In this document: positions 9,616 through 19,930 of the stretch, piece by piece
How positions within the stretch are numbered: the stretch's first letter is position 1
Layout: the number at the start of each line of letters is the position of its first letter
IMG/VR virus record: IMGVR_UViG_3300021255_002129
Direction: 5' to 3' (one strand)
Length of the DNA: 64,000 nt
DNA from: a virus
Lineage: Duplodnaviria; Heunggongvirae; Uroviricota; Caudoviricetes
The notes under the pieces: generated by a model
The model's input: the letters and a program-made list of their open reading frames with translations, nothing else
Told to the model about the DNA's origin: nothing
The model's database searches: none
Translations under genes and position numbers: made by a program

Positions 9616-10578
9616 ATGAAAAAAATGATTAATACTGAAAGAGTAGAAGGTAGAATTTATCAACATAATTTAGTAAAGAAAACTGTACAAAATCAAGCAT
9701 CTCAAAACTTTGGTAAAGAATTTATATCAGGCAATATTGAAGTTGCTGTTGATGAAGAAGGATTAGTAGTAATTCCAGTACACTTTACATATGTTGTAGA
9801 AACAACTAACTCAGGAAATAAAAATGCAACTTATACAAATTTAGATAGAATTATCAATGGTGGCAAAACTTGGGTTACAGATGGAAAAGACGAAGCATTA
9901 AAAGTAAGAATTGATACTGCATTAGCATTAAATGATTTTTATACACAAGATGATAGATTAGTATCAACTAAAGTAAATGAAGGTGGATTTGTTACAATCA
10001 TATCTGACTTAGGTCCAGAAAATGAAAGAAATACATTTACAACCGATATGTTAATCACAAATGTAACAAGAGTTGAAGCTGACCCTGAAAAAAATATAGA
10101 TAAAGATTATGTAGTAGTAAAAGGTGCTATATTTAATTTTAGAAATGCATTATTACCTGTTGATTTTATCGTTAGAAATGATGAAGGTATGGAATATTTT
10201 GAAGATTTAAACGCATCTCAAAATGAACCAGTATTCACAAAAGTATGGGGTAGAATTAATTGTGGTTCAATCGCAAATGAAGTAAAAGAAGAAACTGCAT
10301 TTGGTGAAGAAGCTGTTAGAACTTTTGAAAGAAAAATAAGAGAATGGATTATCACAGGGACATCAAAAGTACCATATGATTTTGGAGATGAAACTGTATT
10401 AACTGTTGCTGAAGTTCAAAAGGCTATGCAAGATAGAGAATTAATGTTAGCAGACACAAAGAAACGTAGTGAAGAATATAGAGCTCAAAAAGACAGAGGA
10501 TCTACTTCAGCTCCAGCAGCTACACCATCAACTACAACTACTACTGTAACTGCAGCTAAAGGAACATTTAATTTTTAA
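9616..10578 (+). CDS. hypothetical protein (320 aa); possibly a single-strand DNA-binding/annealing partner of the downstream ATPase
   Basis: Large ORF with RBS AAAGGAGAAG and a Ser/Thr/Pro/Ala-rich tail ('STSAPAATPSTTTTTVTAAK'). The function is inferred only from its position next to the Sak4-like gene. Confidence 0.4.
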   Translation: MKKMINTERVEGRIYQHNLVKKTVQNQASQNFGKEFISGNIEVAVDEEGLVVIPVHFTYVVETTNSGNKNATYTNLDRIINGGKTWVTDGKDEALKVRIDTALALNDFYTQDDRLVSTKVNEGGFVTIISDLGPENERNTFTTDMLITNVTRVEADPEKNIDKDYVVVKGAIFNFRNALLPVDFIVRNDEGMEYFEDLNASQNEPVFTKVWGRINCGSIANEVKEETAFGEEAVRTFERKIREWIITGTSKVPYDFGDETVLTVAEVQKAMQDRELMLADTKKRSEEYRAQKDRGSTSAPAATPSTTTTTVTAAKGTFNF

Positions 10579-10593
10579 TAAAACTCTATAAAT

Positions 10594-10620
10594 GGAGGAG
10601 CGTAGCCTCCTCCTTATTTA
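10594..10620 (+). terminator. rho-independent terminator
   Basis: GGAGGAG-CGTAGC-CTCCTCC followed by TTATTTA. Confidence 0.6.
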
Positions 10621-10654
10621 ATATATAAGAATAAAGAAGAAGGAGAAATATAAA

Positions 10655-11647
10655 ATGGCTATAGATTTACAAAAATTAACACCTCATAAAGTAAGTAGAG
10701 ATTTAAGTGGATATATTACTTATATATATGGAGCGCCAAAAGTAGGTAAAACTTCTTTAGGTGCAGATATGCCTAAACCATTATTACTAGCATTTGAACG
10801 CGGTTATAATGCTTTAGCTGGAATTATTGCTCAAGATATTTCATCTTGGTCAGAAATTAAACAAGTAGTAAGAGAATTAAAGAAACCTGAAAATAAAGAA
10901 AGCTTCTCAACTATTATAGTAGATACCGTAGATGTTGCGGCAATTCAATGCGAAAAATATATATGCGGACAAAATGGAGTTAATGCTCTAGGAGAAATTC
11001 CTTATGGTCAAGGATGGACTTTACTTAAAAAGGAATTTGAAGAAGTATTCCGTTCAATAGCTCAATTAGGATATGCAGTATATTTCATTGCTCACTATAA
11101 AGAAGGTAGCTTTAAGAAATCAGATGGCTCTGAATTTTCAATTATCAGACCTTCTGTATCAGATACTTATAATAGAATAATTGAAAATATGGCTGATATT
11201 TATGGTTATATGTATGCAGATACAACAGATGGAGTAACAACTCGTAAAATTAGATTACGTTCTCAAGATGGTAGTGTAACATGTGGTTGCCGCTTCAAAC
11301 ATATGGTAGAAGAAGTACCTGCTAATTATGATGCTCTTGTAAAGGCACTTAATGATGCTATAGATGCTGCCGCAAAAGAAAAAGGTGCAGAATTTGTAAC
11401 TAATGAAAAGAATGAATTTAAAGTAGAAGAATTAGATTTTGATACTGTAAAAGCAAAATTTGAAGAAATAGTTACAAAAATTATAACTTCTCATACTGAA
11501 AAAGAAATGGAAGAAGTATGGACACCTAAAATTACACAAATTACTGAAAAGTATCTTGGTAAAGGCAAAAAAGCTAGTCAATGTACAAGAGACCAAGTTG
11601 AAATGCTTAATCTTATTGTAATTGATTTAGAAGATTTGATAAAATAA
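10655..11647 (+). CDS. RecA-like/Sak4-like AAA ATPase (phage recombination protein)
   Basis: Walker A 'GAPKVGKTS' and Walker B 'TIIVDTVD' are present. The ~330-aa size and context are typical of Sak4/AAA_24 phage recombinases. Confidence 0.6.
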   Translation: MAIDLQKLTPHKVSRDLSGYITYIYGAPKVGKTSLGADMPKPLLLAFERGYNALAGIIAQDISSWSEIKQVVRELKKPENKESFSTIIVDTVDVAAIQCEKYICGQNGVNALGEIPYGQGWTLLKKEFEEVFRSIAQLGYAVYFIAHYKEGSFKKSDGSEFSIIRPSVSDTYNRIIENMADIYGYMYADTTDGVTTRKIRLRSQDGSVTCGCRFKHMVEEVPANYDALVKALNDAIDAAAKEKGAEFVTNEKNEFKVEELDFDTVKAKFEEIVTKIITSHTEKEMEEVWTPKITQITEKYLGKGKKASQCTRDQVEMLNLIVIDLEDLIK

Positions 11648-11666
11648 GAATAAAGAGGAGTGATAA

Positions 11667-11712
11667 AGAGAAGATATCTAGACACAAATTATATCTTCTC
11701 TTTTTTGATTTT
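11667..11712 (+). terminator. rho-independent terminator
   Basis: AGAGAAGATAT...ATATCTTCTCT hairpin followed by TTTTTTGATTTTT. Confidence 0.6.
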
Positions 11713-11732
11713 TACTTAAAATTATGTTATAA
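11704..11732 (+). promoter_or_regulatory. early promoter TTGATT-N17-TATAAT
   Basis: TTGATT at 11704-11709 and TGTTATAAT ending at 11732. It overlaps the preceding terminator. Confidence 0.55.
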
Positions 11733-11764
11733 TATAATAAAGAAGAAAAGAAGGTGTATAGAGT

Positions 11765-12270
11765 ATGGCACATTTTGTTACTTGTAAATATTGCGGGATC
11801 CGCTTTGATAGAGATTTAGAACCGGCTATAGAAGTTAGTTCTAGACGATATGCGCATAAGACTTGCGCCGAAAAAGTAGAAGCCACAATTCCGCAAGATG
11901 AAAAAGATTATAACAGTTTAGAATTATATATAAAAAAATTATTTAAAGTAAATACTATTAATGCAAAAACAAGAAAACAAATTAAAGATTTTAGAGAAGA
12001 ATATGGATATAGTTATTCTGGAATGCTAAAGACTTTATATTGATGGTATGAAATACAAGGACATACAACAGAATTAGCTAAAGATGGTATTGGAATAGTC
12101 CCATATGTTTATGATGATGCCGAAAAATATTATTATACACTATATTTGGCAAAATTAGTTAATGATAATATTGGAGAATATAAGCCTAAAGTTGAGGAAG
12201 TAGAAATTGCATCTCCGCGTGTTTATACAAATCCAACAAAATTATTTAAGATAGATGATAATGAAGATTA
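11765..12270 (+). CDS. hypothetical Cys-rich (zinc-finger-like) protein, 168 aa with one in-frame TGA at 12041
   Basis: 'CKYCGIRFD...HKTCAEK' motif. The reading frame continues through TGA ('KTLYWWYEIQG...') to TAG at 12268, and the next RBS follows directly. Confidence 0.45.
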
Positions 12271-12282
12271 GGAGGGTAGCAA

Positions 12283-13818
12283 ATGGCGAAATATGTAGAT
12301 TTATCAGCAACTATTCAAGTGATAGGGTGCATCTATCAAAATCCTTCTTTATTAGATGATGAAAGATATTTCTTCAATGAAGATGATTTTACTGAAGAAT
12401 TTCATAAAATATTATTTGGTTCTATTTACAATCTCCATGCTCTTGGAGCAAAAGAGGTTAATGTTAATACAATAGAAGATTATTTAAAAGATAGACCTAA
12501 AAGTTTAGCAACTTATAAAACATATAAAGGTGCAGAATATTTACAAAAGATAACAAAAAATATACAATTATCAACTTTTGATTATTATTATCAAAGAGTT
12601 AAAAAGATGACTTTACTGCGTATGTATAGCAATGCGGGAATGGATTTATCTTGGTTATATGATATTAATAATATATTAGATGTTAAAAAGAAACAAGCTC
12701 AAGAGGATTGGTTAGACAATTCATCTCTTGATAGTATTGCAGATTTAATAGATAAAAAAATTACTGAAATAAGAATGAAATACGTAGATGACTCAAATGA
12801 AGATTTTATCCAAGCTGGAGATAGAATGGTTGAATTAATTGAAAATCTTCAAAAACGACCTGAGATTGGATATCCAATGTATGGACCTCTCATTAATACA
12901 GTCACACGTGGAGCTCGTTTAAAAAAGTTTTATTTAAGGTCTGCGGCAACAGGTGTTGGTAAAACTCGTAGTATGATTGCAGATGCTTGTTCAATAGCTT
13001 GTGATAAAATATATGATTCAGACTTAGGTAAATGGGTTGAAAATGGAACTAAAGAACCTACTATGTTTATAACAACAGAGCAAGAGGTTGATGAAATACA
13101 AACTATGATGTTAGCATTTTTATCTGATGTAAATGAAAACCATATTATATATAATGCATATGAAGTTGGAGAATTAGAACGTGTTATTTATGCGGCTGAG
13201 CTTATTAAAAAGTGTCCGCTATATATTAAAAAATTACCTGACTTCTCAATGAAAGATATTGAAAATACTATTAAATTTGGTATTCATGAGTGGGATGTTA
13301 GATATGTATTCTTTGACTATTTACATACTTCAATGAAAATATTAAGTGAAGTAACTTCAAAAACTGGAATTAAAGGTTTAAGAGAAGACAATGTATTATT
13401 TATGATTTCAATTAAATTAAAAGATATATGTAATGAATATGGAGTATTTATTCTTACCGCTACTCAGCTTAATGCAGATTATACTACCGCACAACAATAT
13501 GACCAAAACCTATTACGTGGAGCAAAGTCAATAGCAGATAAAATTGATTTAGGTATGATTATGCTTAAGACAAGTAAAGAAGATAAAGAAGCGTTAAGAG
13601 AAGTTATAGCAAGATTTAAGTTTGAAGAACCCGCAATTAAAATATCTGTTTATAAAAATCGTAGAGGTCAATATAAAGATATTTTATTATGGTGTAAAGC
13701 AAATCAAGCCACTTGCCGCGTAATACCTATGTTTGCTACCGATTATAATTATCAATTAGTAGATTTACCTGATTTCAAAATAAATGTTAATCCTAAGTTG
13801 CAAGTTTCTGCTTTCTAA
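12283..13818 (+). CDS. DnaB-like replicative DNA helicase
   Basis: DnaB-like N-terminal domain plus a RecA-like core with 'AATGVGKT' Walker A. No TGA. Confidence 0.8.
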   Translation: MAKYVDLSATIQVIGCIYQNPSLLDDERYFFNEDDFTEEFHKILFGSIYNLHALGAKEVNVNTIEDYLKDRPKSLATYKTYKGAEYLQKITKNIQLSTFDYYYQRVKKMTLLRMYSNAGMDLSWLYDINNILDVKKKQAQEDWLDNSSLDSIADLIDKKITEIRMKYVDDSNEDFIQAGDRMVELIENLQKRPEIGYPMYGPLINTVTRGARLKKFYLRSAATGVGKTRSMIADACSIACDKIYDSDLGKWVENGTKEPTMFITTEQEVDEIQTMMLAFLSDVNENHIIYNAYEVGELERVIYAAELIKKCPLYIKKLPDFSMKDIENTIKFGIHEWDVRYVFFDYLHTSMKILSEVTSKTGIKGLREDNVLFMISIKLKDICNEYGVFILTATQLNADYTTAQQYDQNLLRGAKSIADKIDLGMIMLKTSKEDKEALREVIARFKFEEPAIKISVYKNRRGQYKDILLWCKANQATCRVIPMFATDYNYQLVDLPDFKINVNPKLQVSAF

Positions 13819-13847
13819 TTGATTATATAAATAATTTTTGTTATAAT
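13819..13847 (+). promoter_or_regulatory. early promoter TTGATT-N17-TATAAT
   Basis: TTGATT at 13819-13824 and TGTTATAAT ending at 13847. Confidence 0.55.
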
Positions 13848-13875
13848 ATAATTATATGAAAAGGAGTGAATAGTA

Positions 13876-14970
13876 ATGGATAATATAAAAGAATGGTCTG
13901 AAAATATTAAAAATAGTTTAACAATAGAACAAATAAAAGAATTACTATATGCTCTTGGCGGCGACCCAATACTTAAAGGTGATATTATTATATCTAGGAC
14001 TATATGCCATGGAGGTCAAAGCCACAAATTATATTATTATGACAATACTAAATTATTTAGATGTTATACTGAATGTAGTGACATATTTGATATATATGAT
14101 TTTATTATAAAAAATAAAAAATTAGAAGGTATTGATTTTACTTTATTCCAAGCTATTCAATTTGTAATTACTTTTTTCAATTTGGCAATCTCAAATGAAA
14201 ATTTTGTTTACAGTAATGAAGAAGTAGGGGATTGGCAAATTCTTAATAAATATGAACAAAATAGTTCTCAAGAAAAACAAGAAAAAATAATTGAGTTTAA
14301 ATTTTATGATGATAAAATTTTAAAATATTTGCCAAGACCAAAAATTCCTATGTGGCTAAAAGAAGGTATATCTCAAGAAGCAATGGATAATTGTGGAATT
14401 GCATTTGATCCAGTTTCATGGGGAATAGTAATCCCGCATTATAATATCGATGGTAAATTAATTGGAATTAGAGAAAGAACATTAATTAAAGAAGAAGAGG
14501 AAAATGGAAAATATAAACCTGCTATTTTAAATTATCAAATGTATAATCACCCATTAGGTTTTAATTTATATAATTTAAATAATAGTAAAGATAATATTAG
14601 AAAAATAAAAAAAGCGATTGTATTTGAAGGAGAAAAAAGCTGTTTATTATATCAATCTTATTTTGGAATTGATAATGATATTAGTGTTGCAGTGTGCGGA
14701 AGCAACTTGACAAACTATCAAATACAACTTTTAAAGTCTTTAGATGTTGAAGAAATTGTAATTGCTTTTGATAAGCAATTTAAAGAAATAGGAGATAAAG
14801 AATGGAAGGGCTGGGTTAAAAAATTAACCGATATAAATAAAAAATATAGTTCTATTATTCAAATTAGTTTTATGTTTGATAAATGGAATTTATTAGGATA
14901 TAAAGATGCTCCAATTGATTGCGGTCCTGAAATCTTTACTCAACTTTTTGAAAGGAGAGTAATGTTATAA
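13876..14970 (+). CDS. DNA primase (DnaG-like zinc-binding + TOPRIM)
   Basis: 'CHGGQSHKLYYYDNTKLFRCYTEC' zinc-binding region and 'IVFEGEKS' TOPRIM-like motif, positioned directly after the helicase gene. Confidence 0.6.
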   Translation: MDNIKEWSENIKNSLTIEQIKELLYALGGDPILKGDIIISRTICHGGQSHKLYYYDNTKLFRCYTECSDIFDIYDFIIKNKKLEGIDFTLFQAIQFVITFFNLAISNENFVYSNEEVGDWQILNKYEQNSSQEKQEKIIEFKFYDDKILKYLPRPKIPMWLKEGISQEAMDNCGIAFDPVSWGIVIPHYNIDGKLIGIRERTLIKEEEENGKYKPAILNYQMYNHPLGFNLYNLNNSKDNIRKIKKAIVFEGEKSCLLYQSYFGIDNDISVAVCGSNLTNYQIQLLKSLDVEEIVIAFDKQFKEIGDKEWKGWVKKLTDINKKYSSIIQISFMFDKWNLLGYKDAPIDCGPEIFTQLFERRVML

Positions 14971-15053
14971 TGCAAAATAATTTTGCTGGTTTTATGATAG
15001 GCATTATTTGTGGTTATTTACTTTGATTTTTCGTAGATGATGATGATGAATAA
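14970..15053 (+). CDS. possible 27-aa membrane peptide (contains one TGA)
   Basis: ATG overlaps the primase stop. 'MQNNFAGFMIGIICGYLLWFFVDDDDE'. This is a weak call. Confidence 0.25.
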
Positions 15054-15229
15054 AATAAAAGAATATAGAACAATACATAAAAAATGTAAATGATGCAAAT
15101 ATTATAAATATTATTTATATCCTCATTGATTAACAATAGGATATGGGAAATGTTTATTAAAAGATAAAATAATTAATTATGAAAGTTTGCCGAGATTATG
15201 TAAATATTATGACTTAAAGGAGGATAATA

Positions 15230-15430
15230 ATGACTCAAGAAAAAATTAATGAACTTATAGTTAAAGAGTTAATGGTAAATCAGCAAATGTTAAAAGCAAT
15301 TATTATATTATTATCCCCATCAAGAACAGATGGTATAAAAATAATCAATGAATGTAGAACTAATATTGAAGAAGCATTTAAAATAACAAAGGAGGATAAT
15401 AATGAGATACCAACTAATAAATCCAATTAA
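15230..15430 (+). CDS. hypothetical protein (66 aa)
   Basis: RBS AAGGAGGATAATA. Confidence 0.35.
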   Translation: MTQEKINELIVKELMVNQQMLKAIIILLSPSRTDGIKIINECRTNIEEAFKITKEDNNEIPTNKSN

Positions 15431-17150
15431 TCCAAAATATTCTACAATAGAAACAATATTAACAAATAGACATATTCCACTTGCGGAAGTAGCTCATTAT
15501 TTAAATACCACTGATGAAGATATTAATAAACCAGAAGCATTTGGTCAAAATTGTTTGACACAAGCCGCTCAATGTTTAATACAACACATTGCTGCAGGAA
15601 GTCGTGCTTTAGTCATTGTAGACTGCGATTGTGATGGTTTTACCTCTGCCGCATTACTTATTAATTATCTTCATGACCTAGTCCCAAGTTGGGTAGAGTC
15701 AAATCTTAAATGATGGGTTCATGAAGGAAAGCAACATGGATTAAATGATTGTATGGATTATATTAATTCACATACTTTTGATTTGGTATTAATCCCTGAT
15801 GCTGGGTCAAATGATTATGAAGCCCATGCCGCACTTAAAAAGAAAAATATTGATACAATAATATTAGACCACCACTTAGCTGATAAATTAAGTGATGATG
15901 CTATTGTAATTAATAATCAATTATCAAACTATCCAAACAAAGAATTATCAGGTGTTGGTGTTGTCTATCAATTTTGTAGATATATAGATGAAAAAATGAA
16001 AACTCATTTTGCAGATTATTATTTAGATTTAGTAGCATTAGGTCTTACTGGAGATATGATGTCATTAACATCAATAGAAACAAAGCATTTGATTATGAAA
16101 GGCTTTGAACCTGAAAATATACACAATCCATATATCTATGAAATGTGGCAAAAGAATAAATTTAAACTAGGTGAGCATATTACTTCAATAGATGCAGCGT
16201 TTTATATAGTCCCTATGATTAATGCAGTTCAACGTAGTGGAGAAATTGAAGAAAAAGAATTATTATTCAAATCAATGTTAAAACATGAAGCTTTTGAAAT
16301 GATACCATCTAATAAACGCGGACATGCTTCAGGTGAAATGGAAAGATTAGTAGACCAAGCAGTTCGTATGTCTACAAACGTTAAAAATAGACAAACAAGA
16401 GAACAAGATAAAACAATGGAAGAACTAGAGCTTTTGATAGAAGATTCAGGTTTGTTAGACCATAAAGTTATATTATTTACTCTTGATGATAAAGAATTAA
16501 ATAGAAATATTGCAGGATTAATTGCAAATAAAATTGCTAATAAATATCAAAGACCTTGTTGTATATTAAGTAAAACCTTAGAAATCGATCCTGGACATAC
16601 AACTATGTTGCAAGATGGAACTGAAGTTTTTGTAACTAGTGCTAGTAGAGTATTATATCAAGGTAGCGCAAGAGGGTATGAAGCAACAGGCGTAACTAAT
16701 TTTAAAACTATATGTGAGGCGGCTGGGGCTGAATGGTGCCAAGGTCATGAGAATGCATTTGGTATGTGTCTTGCGGAAGATCAGATTGAAAGATTTTTAA
16801 CTGAGACTGATGCTGCATTAGCAGATATTTCCGCAGAGCCTATATATTATGTAGATTATATTTACAATGGAGCAGATGTTCAAGCAAGTGACATTTTAAC
16901 TATTGCTAATTTAGGTAATTTATGGGGAAAAGACTTTGATGAAGCTCTTGTGGCTGTTGAAAATTTAAAAATAAGTAAAGATATGATAACTGTATATAGA
17001 AAAACAGGAAATACATTAAAAATATCTTTACCAAATAAAATAAGTTTAATGAAATTTAATGCAACTGATGAAGAATGCTTCAAACTAGAAAACTTTGAAG
17101 GTGCATATTTGTCATTAAACATTGTAGGAAAATGTAATCAAAATGAATGA
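15402..17150 (+). CDS. RecJ-like DHH-family single-strand exonuclease; one in-frame TGA (Trp) at 15711
   Basis: DHH motifs 'LVIVDCDCDGFTSAAL' and 'TIILDHH' are present. Track ORFs 15402..15713 and 15753..17150 share a frame and are joined as '...SNLKWVHEGKQHGLN...'. Confidence 0.8.
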
Positions 17151-17222
17151 ATGGGTAATATATCTCCACAAATATTTATAGAAGATTATGAAATTACCGG
17201 TTCAGGAAAATATCTCTTTTAA

Positions 17223-17251
17223 TTGATTTTATTAAATAAAAATGATATAAT
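17223..17251 (+). promoter_or_regulatory. early promoter TTGATT-N17-TATAAT
   Basis: TTGATT at 17223-17228 and TGATATAAT ending at 17251. Confidence 0.55.
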
Positions 17252-17269
17252 ATAAATATATGAAAAGAG

Positions 17270-17545
17270 ATGATAATATTGAATAATAATAATATAAACA
17301 GGAATTTTGATATATTAGATTTTTTATCTTTAATTAGTTTTTTTGCTCAAATGAAAAATATGAATGATGATGATATTGCCGCTTTAAAAAATAATAAAGT
17401 AATTCAAGCAGTTGCAAATGAAGTAGATAAATTACATAAAGAAAATGATGATATTATTAACTATTTAAAAAGAGTAGATGATGATGAGCAAAAAATTATA
17501 AGGAGATTAGATAGTCTAATTACTATATTAGAAAGGAGACTATAA
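17270..17545 (+). CDS. hypothetical protein (91 aa)
   Basis: ORF downstream of a promoter, with a coiled-coil-like C-terminus. Confidence 0.35.
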   Translation: MIILNNNNINRNFDILDFLSLISFFAQMKNMNDDDIAALKNNKVIQAVANEVDKLHKENDDIINYLKRVDDDEQKIIRRLDSLITILERRL

Positions 17546-18739
17546 ATGGAGCTTAATGACAAACAAAAGCAGGGTTTAGATATAGCAGTAGATAGATATA
17601 AACGAAAAGAACGTTACACAGTTATATCTGGATATGCGGGAACAGGTAAGTCGACACTAGTTAAATTTATAGTCGCCGCTTTACCTAATATCAATCCAGA
17701 TGAAGATGTTATATATACATCTTTCACAGGTAAAGCAACACAAGTTTTACAAAAAAAAGGTAATAAAAATGTAAGCACATTACATAAATTATTATTTGAA
17801 AGTATCCCTAAGCCAGATGGAACTTTCTTTCGTAAACCTGTAGAGTTTATACCATATAAAATAGTTATAGTAGATGAATGTAGCATGGTACCAAAAGAGC
17901 TTTTACAACGATTAATTAAATATAATGTTCATATTATATGCTTAGGAGATCCAGGTCAATTGCCACCAATAAATAAAAATGAAGATAATCATTTACTAGA
18001 CCATCCACATATATTCCTAGATGAAATTATGCGTCAAGAGGCAGAAAGTGAAATTATTAATTTAACCATGGATATAAGGGCGGGAAAACCTTTAACTCGT
18101 TATCAAGGAAAAGAAGTTCAAGTTTTAAATAAAGATGAATTAACAACAGGTATGCTATTATGGGCAGACCAGATAATTTGTGCAAAAAATGAAACTAGAA
18201 TAGCTTTAAATAATCAAATGAGAGATTTGCTTGGTAGAAGCGGAGGTCCGCAAAATGGGGATAAAGTTATTTGTTTAAAAAATAATTGGGATATATATTC
18301 AGTTAATGATAACCCTCTTGTTAATGGAACTATTGGATATTTAAAAGATAGTTTTAGTACATATATTAATTTACCTAGACAAATAACTAGTGATGGACAG
18401 CCAAAAAAATTAGATATATTAACTGCTAATTTTATATCGGATACAGAAGAAGATTATGGTATATTAAATATGGATAAACAATTAATCACTACTGGAGTTC
18501 CAGGTTTAGATTGGAAAACAAGTTATAAGATGGGTAGAAATTGGAGATTTCAAGATAAAATTCCAGACCAGTTTACTTATGGTTATGCTATTACCTGTCA
18601 TAAATCACAAGGTTCAGAATGGGATAATGTACTTGTTATAGAAGAAGGTTTCCCTTTTGAAAAAGAAGAACATAAACAATGGTTATATACAGCTGCGACT
18701 AGGGCTGCTAAAAAACTAGTTATTATAAAGAAAGATTAG
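17546..18739 (+). CDS. Dda/RecD-like superfamily 1 DNA helicase
   Basis: Walker A 'GYAGTGKST', Walker B 'IVIVDECSMV', and 'ITCHKSQGSEWDNVLVI' (RecD/Dda motif VI-like). Confidence 0.8.
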   Translation: MELNDKQKQGLDIAVDRYKRKERYTVISGYAGTGKSTLVKFIVAALPNINPDEDVIYTSFTGKATQVLQKKGNKNVSTLHKLLFESIPKPDGTFFRKPVEFIPYKIVIVDECSMVPKELLQRLIKYNVHIICLGDPGQLPPINKNEDNHLLDHPHIFLDEIMRQEAESEIINLTMDIRAGKPLTRYQGKEVQVLNKDELTTGMLLWADQIICAKNETRIALNNQMRDLLGRSGGPQNGDKVICLKNNWDIYSVNDNPLVNGTIGYLKDSFSTYINLPRQITSDGQPKKLDILTANFISDTEEDYGILNMDKQLITTGVPGLDWKTSYKMGRNWRFQDKIPDQFTYGYAITCHKSQGSEWDNVLVIEEGFPFEKEEHKQWLYTAATRAAKKLVIIKKD

Positions 18740-18752
18740 AGGAGAGATTTTA

Positions 18753-19082
18753 ATGAATAAAAAATATAAATTTGATAGACTAATGTTTGATAGATACGCA
18801 GTGTGGTATATGGAAACACCAAAAGATAAAAGTAAATTAGGAGTATGGAAAATTATAGATTGCTTCCCTGGAACTAGACCAGCTAAATTTGCTTTTAGAT
18901 GGAAAGTAAAAGGAAAAGATAAAACACAAGAGCAATTAGATGAACAAATATTAAGTAATGCTACAAGAAACTTTTACAAACCTACTAATGTATTCCGCGG
19001 AAACCGCTCAATGGAGAGTCAAGCTCAGAGTAGAGCTGCACAATCTGCAACCGCAAAGGAGGAAAAATGCAAAAAATTATAA
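18753..19082 (+). CDS. hypothetical protein (109 aa)
   Basis: RBS GAGGAGAG. Trp is encoded by TGG here. Confidence 0.4.
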   Translation: MNKKYKFDRLMFDRYAVWYMETPKDKSKLGVWKIIDCFPGTRPAKFAFRWKVKGKDKTQEQLDEQILSNATRNFYKPTNVFRGNRSMESQAQSRAAQSATAKEEKCKKL

Positions 19083-19375
19083 TTCCTACTTATATTGAAT
19101 ATAATGCTTGTCAATTAACCATTGATAATTTAGATAATTTTAAAAAATTTATTTCAAAAGATGCTTATGATATTAGAATAACATATAAAGAAATGAAAAA
19201 TAAGAATATTCCTGTGGAAATAAGTTTTAGATGAAATCCTCATGGAGATGATTATCCTCCTACTATTTGTGTTCAATTAAATCAATATTTTCTTTATGAA
19301 GAAGAAGAACCAGATAGTTATTGAGTTTTAAATTCAGAAGATATAAGAAGGGAATGATATATTCATGAAAATTAG
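19067..19375 (+). CDS. hypothetical protein (102 aa) containing three in-frame TGA codons
   Basis: ATG at 19067 is preceded by AAGGAGGAAAA. The frame is continuous to TAG at 19373 only if TGA encodes an amino acid ('FRWNPHG', 'SYWVLN', 'REWYIH'). Confidence 0.35.
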
Positions 19376-19880
19376 AACAAGTTATTTTTATCAAATTAGA
19401 AATTTTAAAAAAAATATGATTCCAGTCTCTACTGCAATATGAGATCCAAAGTGGTTTCACGCATTCACTGGGGACTATTTTTATCTATTTAAAGATAAAA
19501 GAGATATATTAAATGGATTGCGCATAGAGCCTATCATTGAACAAGGTAGACAGTCTAATCACGGTCCAGAGATATGTCCATGTGAAGATAAAAATTATAA
19601 TACTTGTTCTTTTTTGCGTCAGTATCGTGAAAACTTAGAAAAAATAGACTTTGATAAAATGATGGCAGATATGGAAGATTTAGCTAATCGCTATGCTATT
19701 GCTAATAAAATAAATGAAGAGATTATAATAGTTCTTATAGTATATGAAACTCCAACTAACCCATGCAGTGAACGTAAGCCGCTACAAGATTTCTTTAATG
19801 CACATGGAGTAGAATGTAAAGAGTTAGATTATCCGATTAATAACCTAGCTTCAATCAAGGACGAACCATTTGATTTTTAA
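19365..19880 (+). CDS. hypothetical protein (171 aa), one in-frame TGA
   Basis: 'MKIRTSYFYQIRNF...STAIW(TGA)DPKWF...' is in frame with track ORF 19518..19880. Confidence 0.45.
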
Positions 19881-19898
19881 GAAAAATAATGATATAAT
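19870..19898 (+). promoter_or_regulatory. early promoter TTGATT-N17-TATAAT
   Basis: TTGATT at 19870-19875 and TGATATAAT ending at 19898. Confidence 0.55.
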
Positions 19899-19930
19899 AT
19901 ATATAGATAAAGTGAAGGAGGAATGATAAT

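Noticed and set aside
15054-15229. 176-bp AT-rich gap as a replication origin or iteron region
   Set aside because: It contains only short, irregular repeats (TGTAAAT x2, AATATTAT x3), which are insufficient to call iterons.
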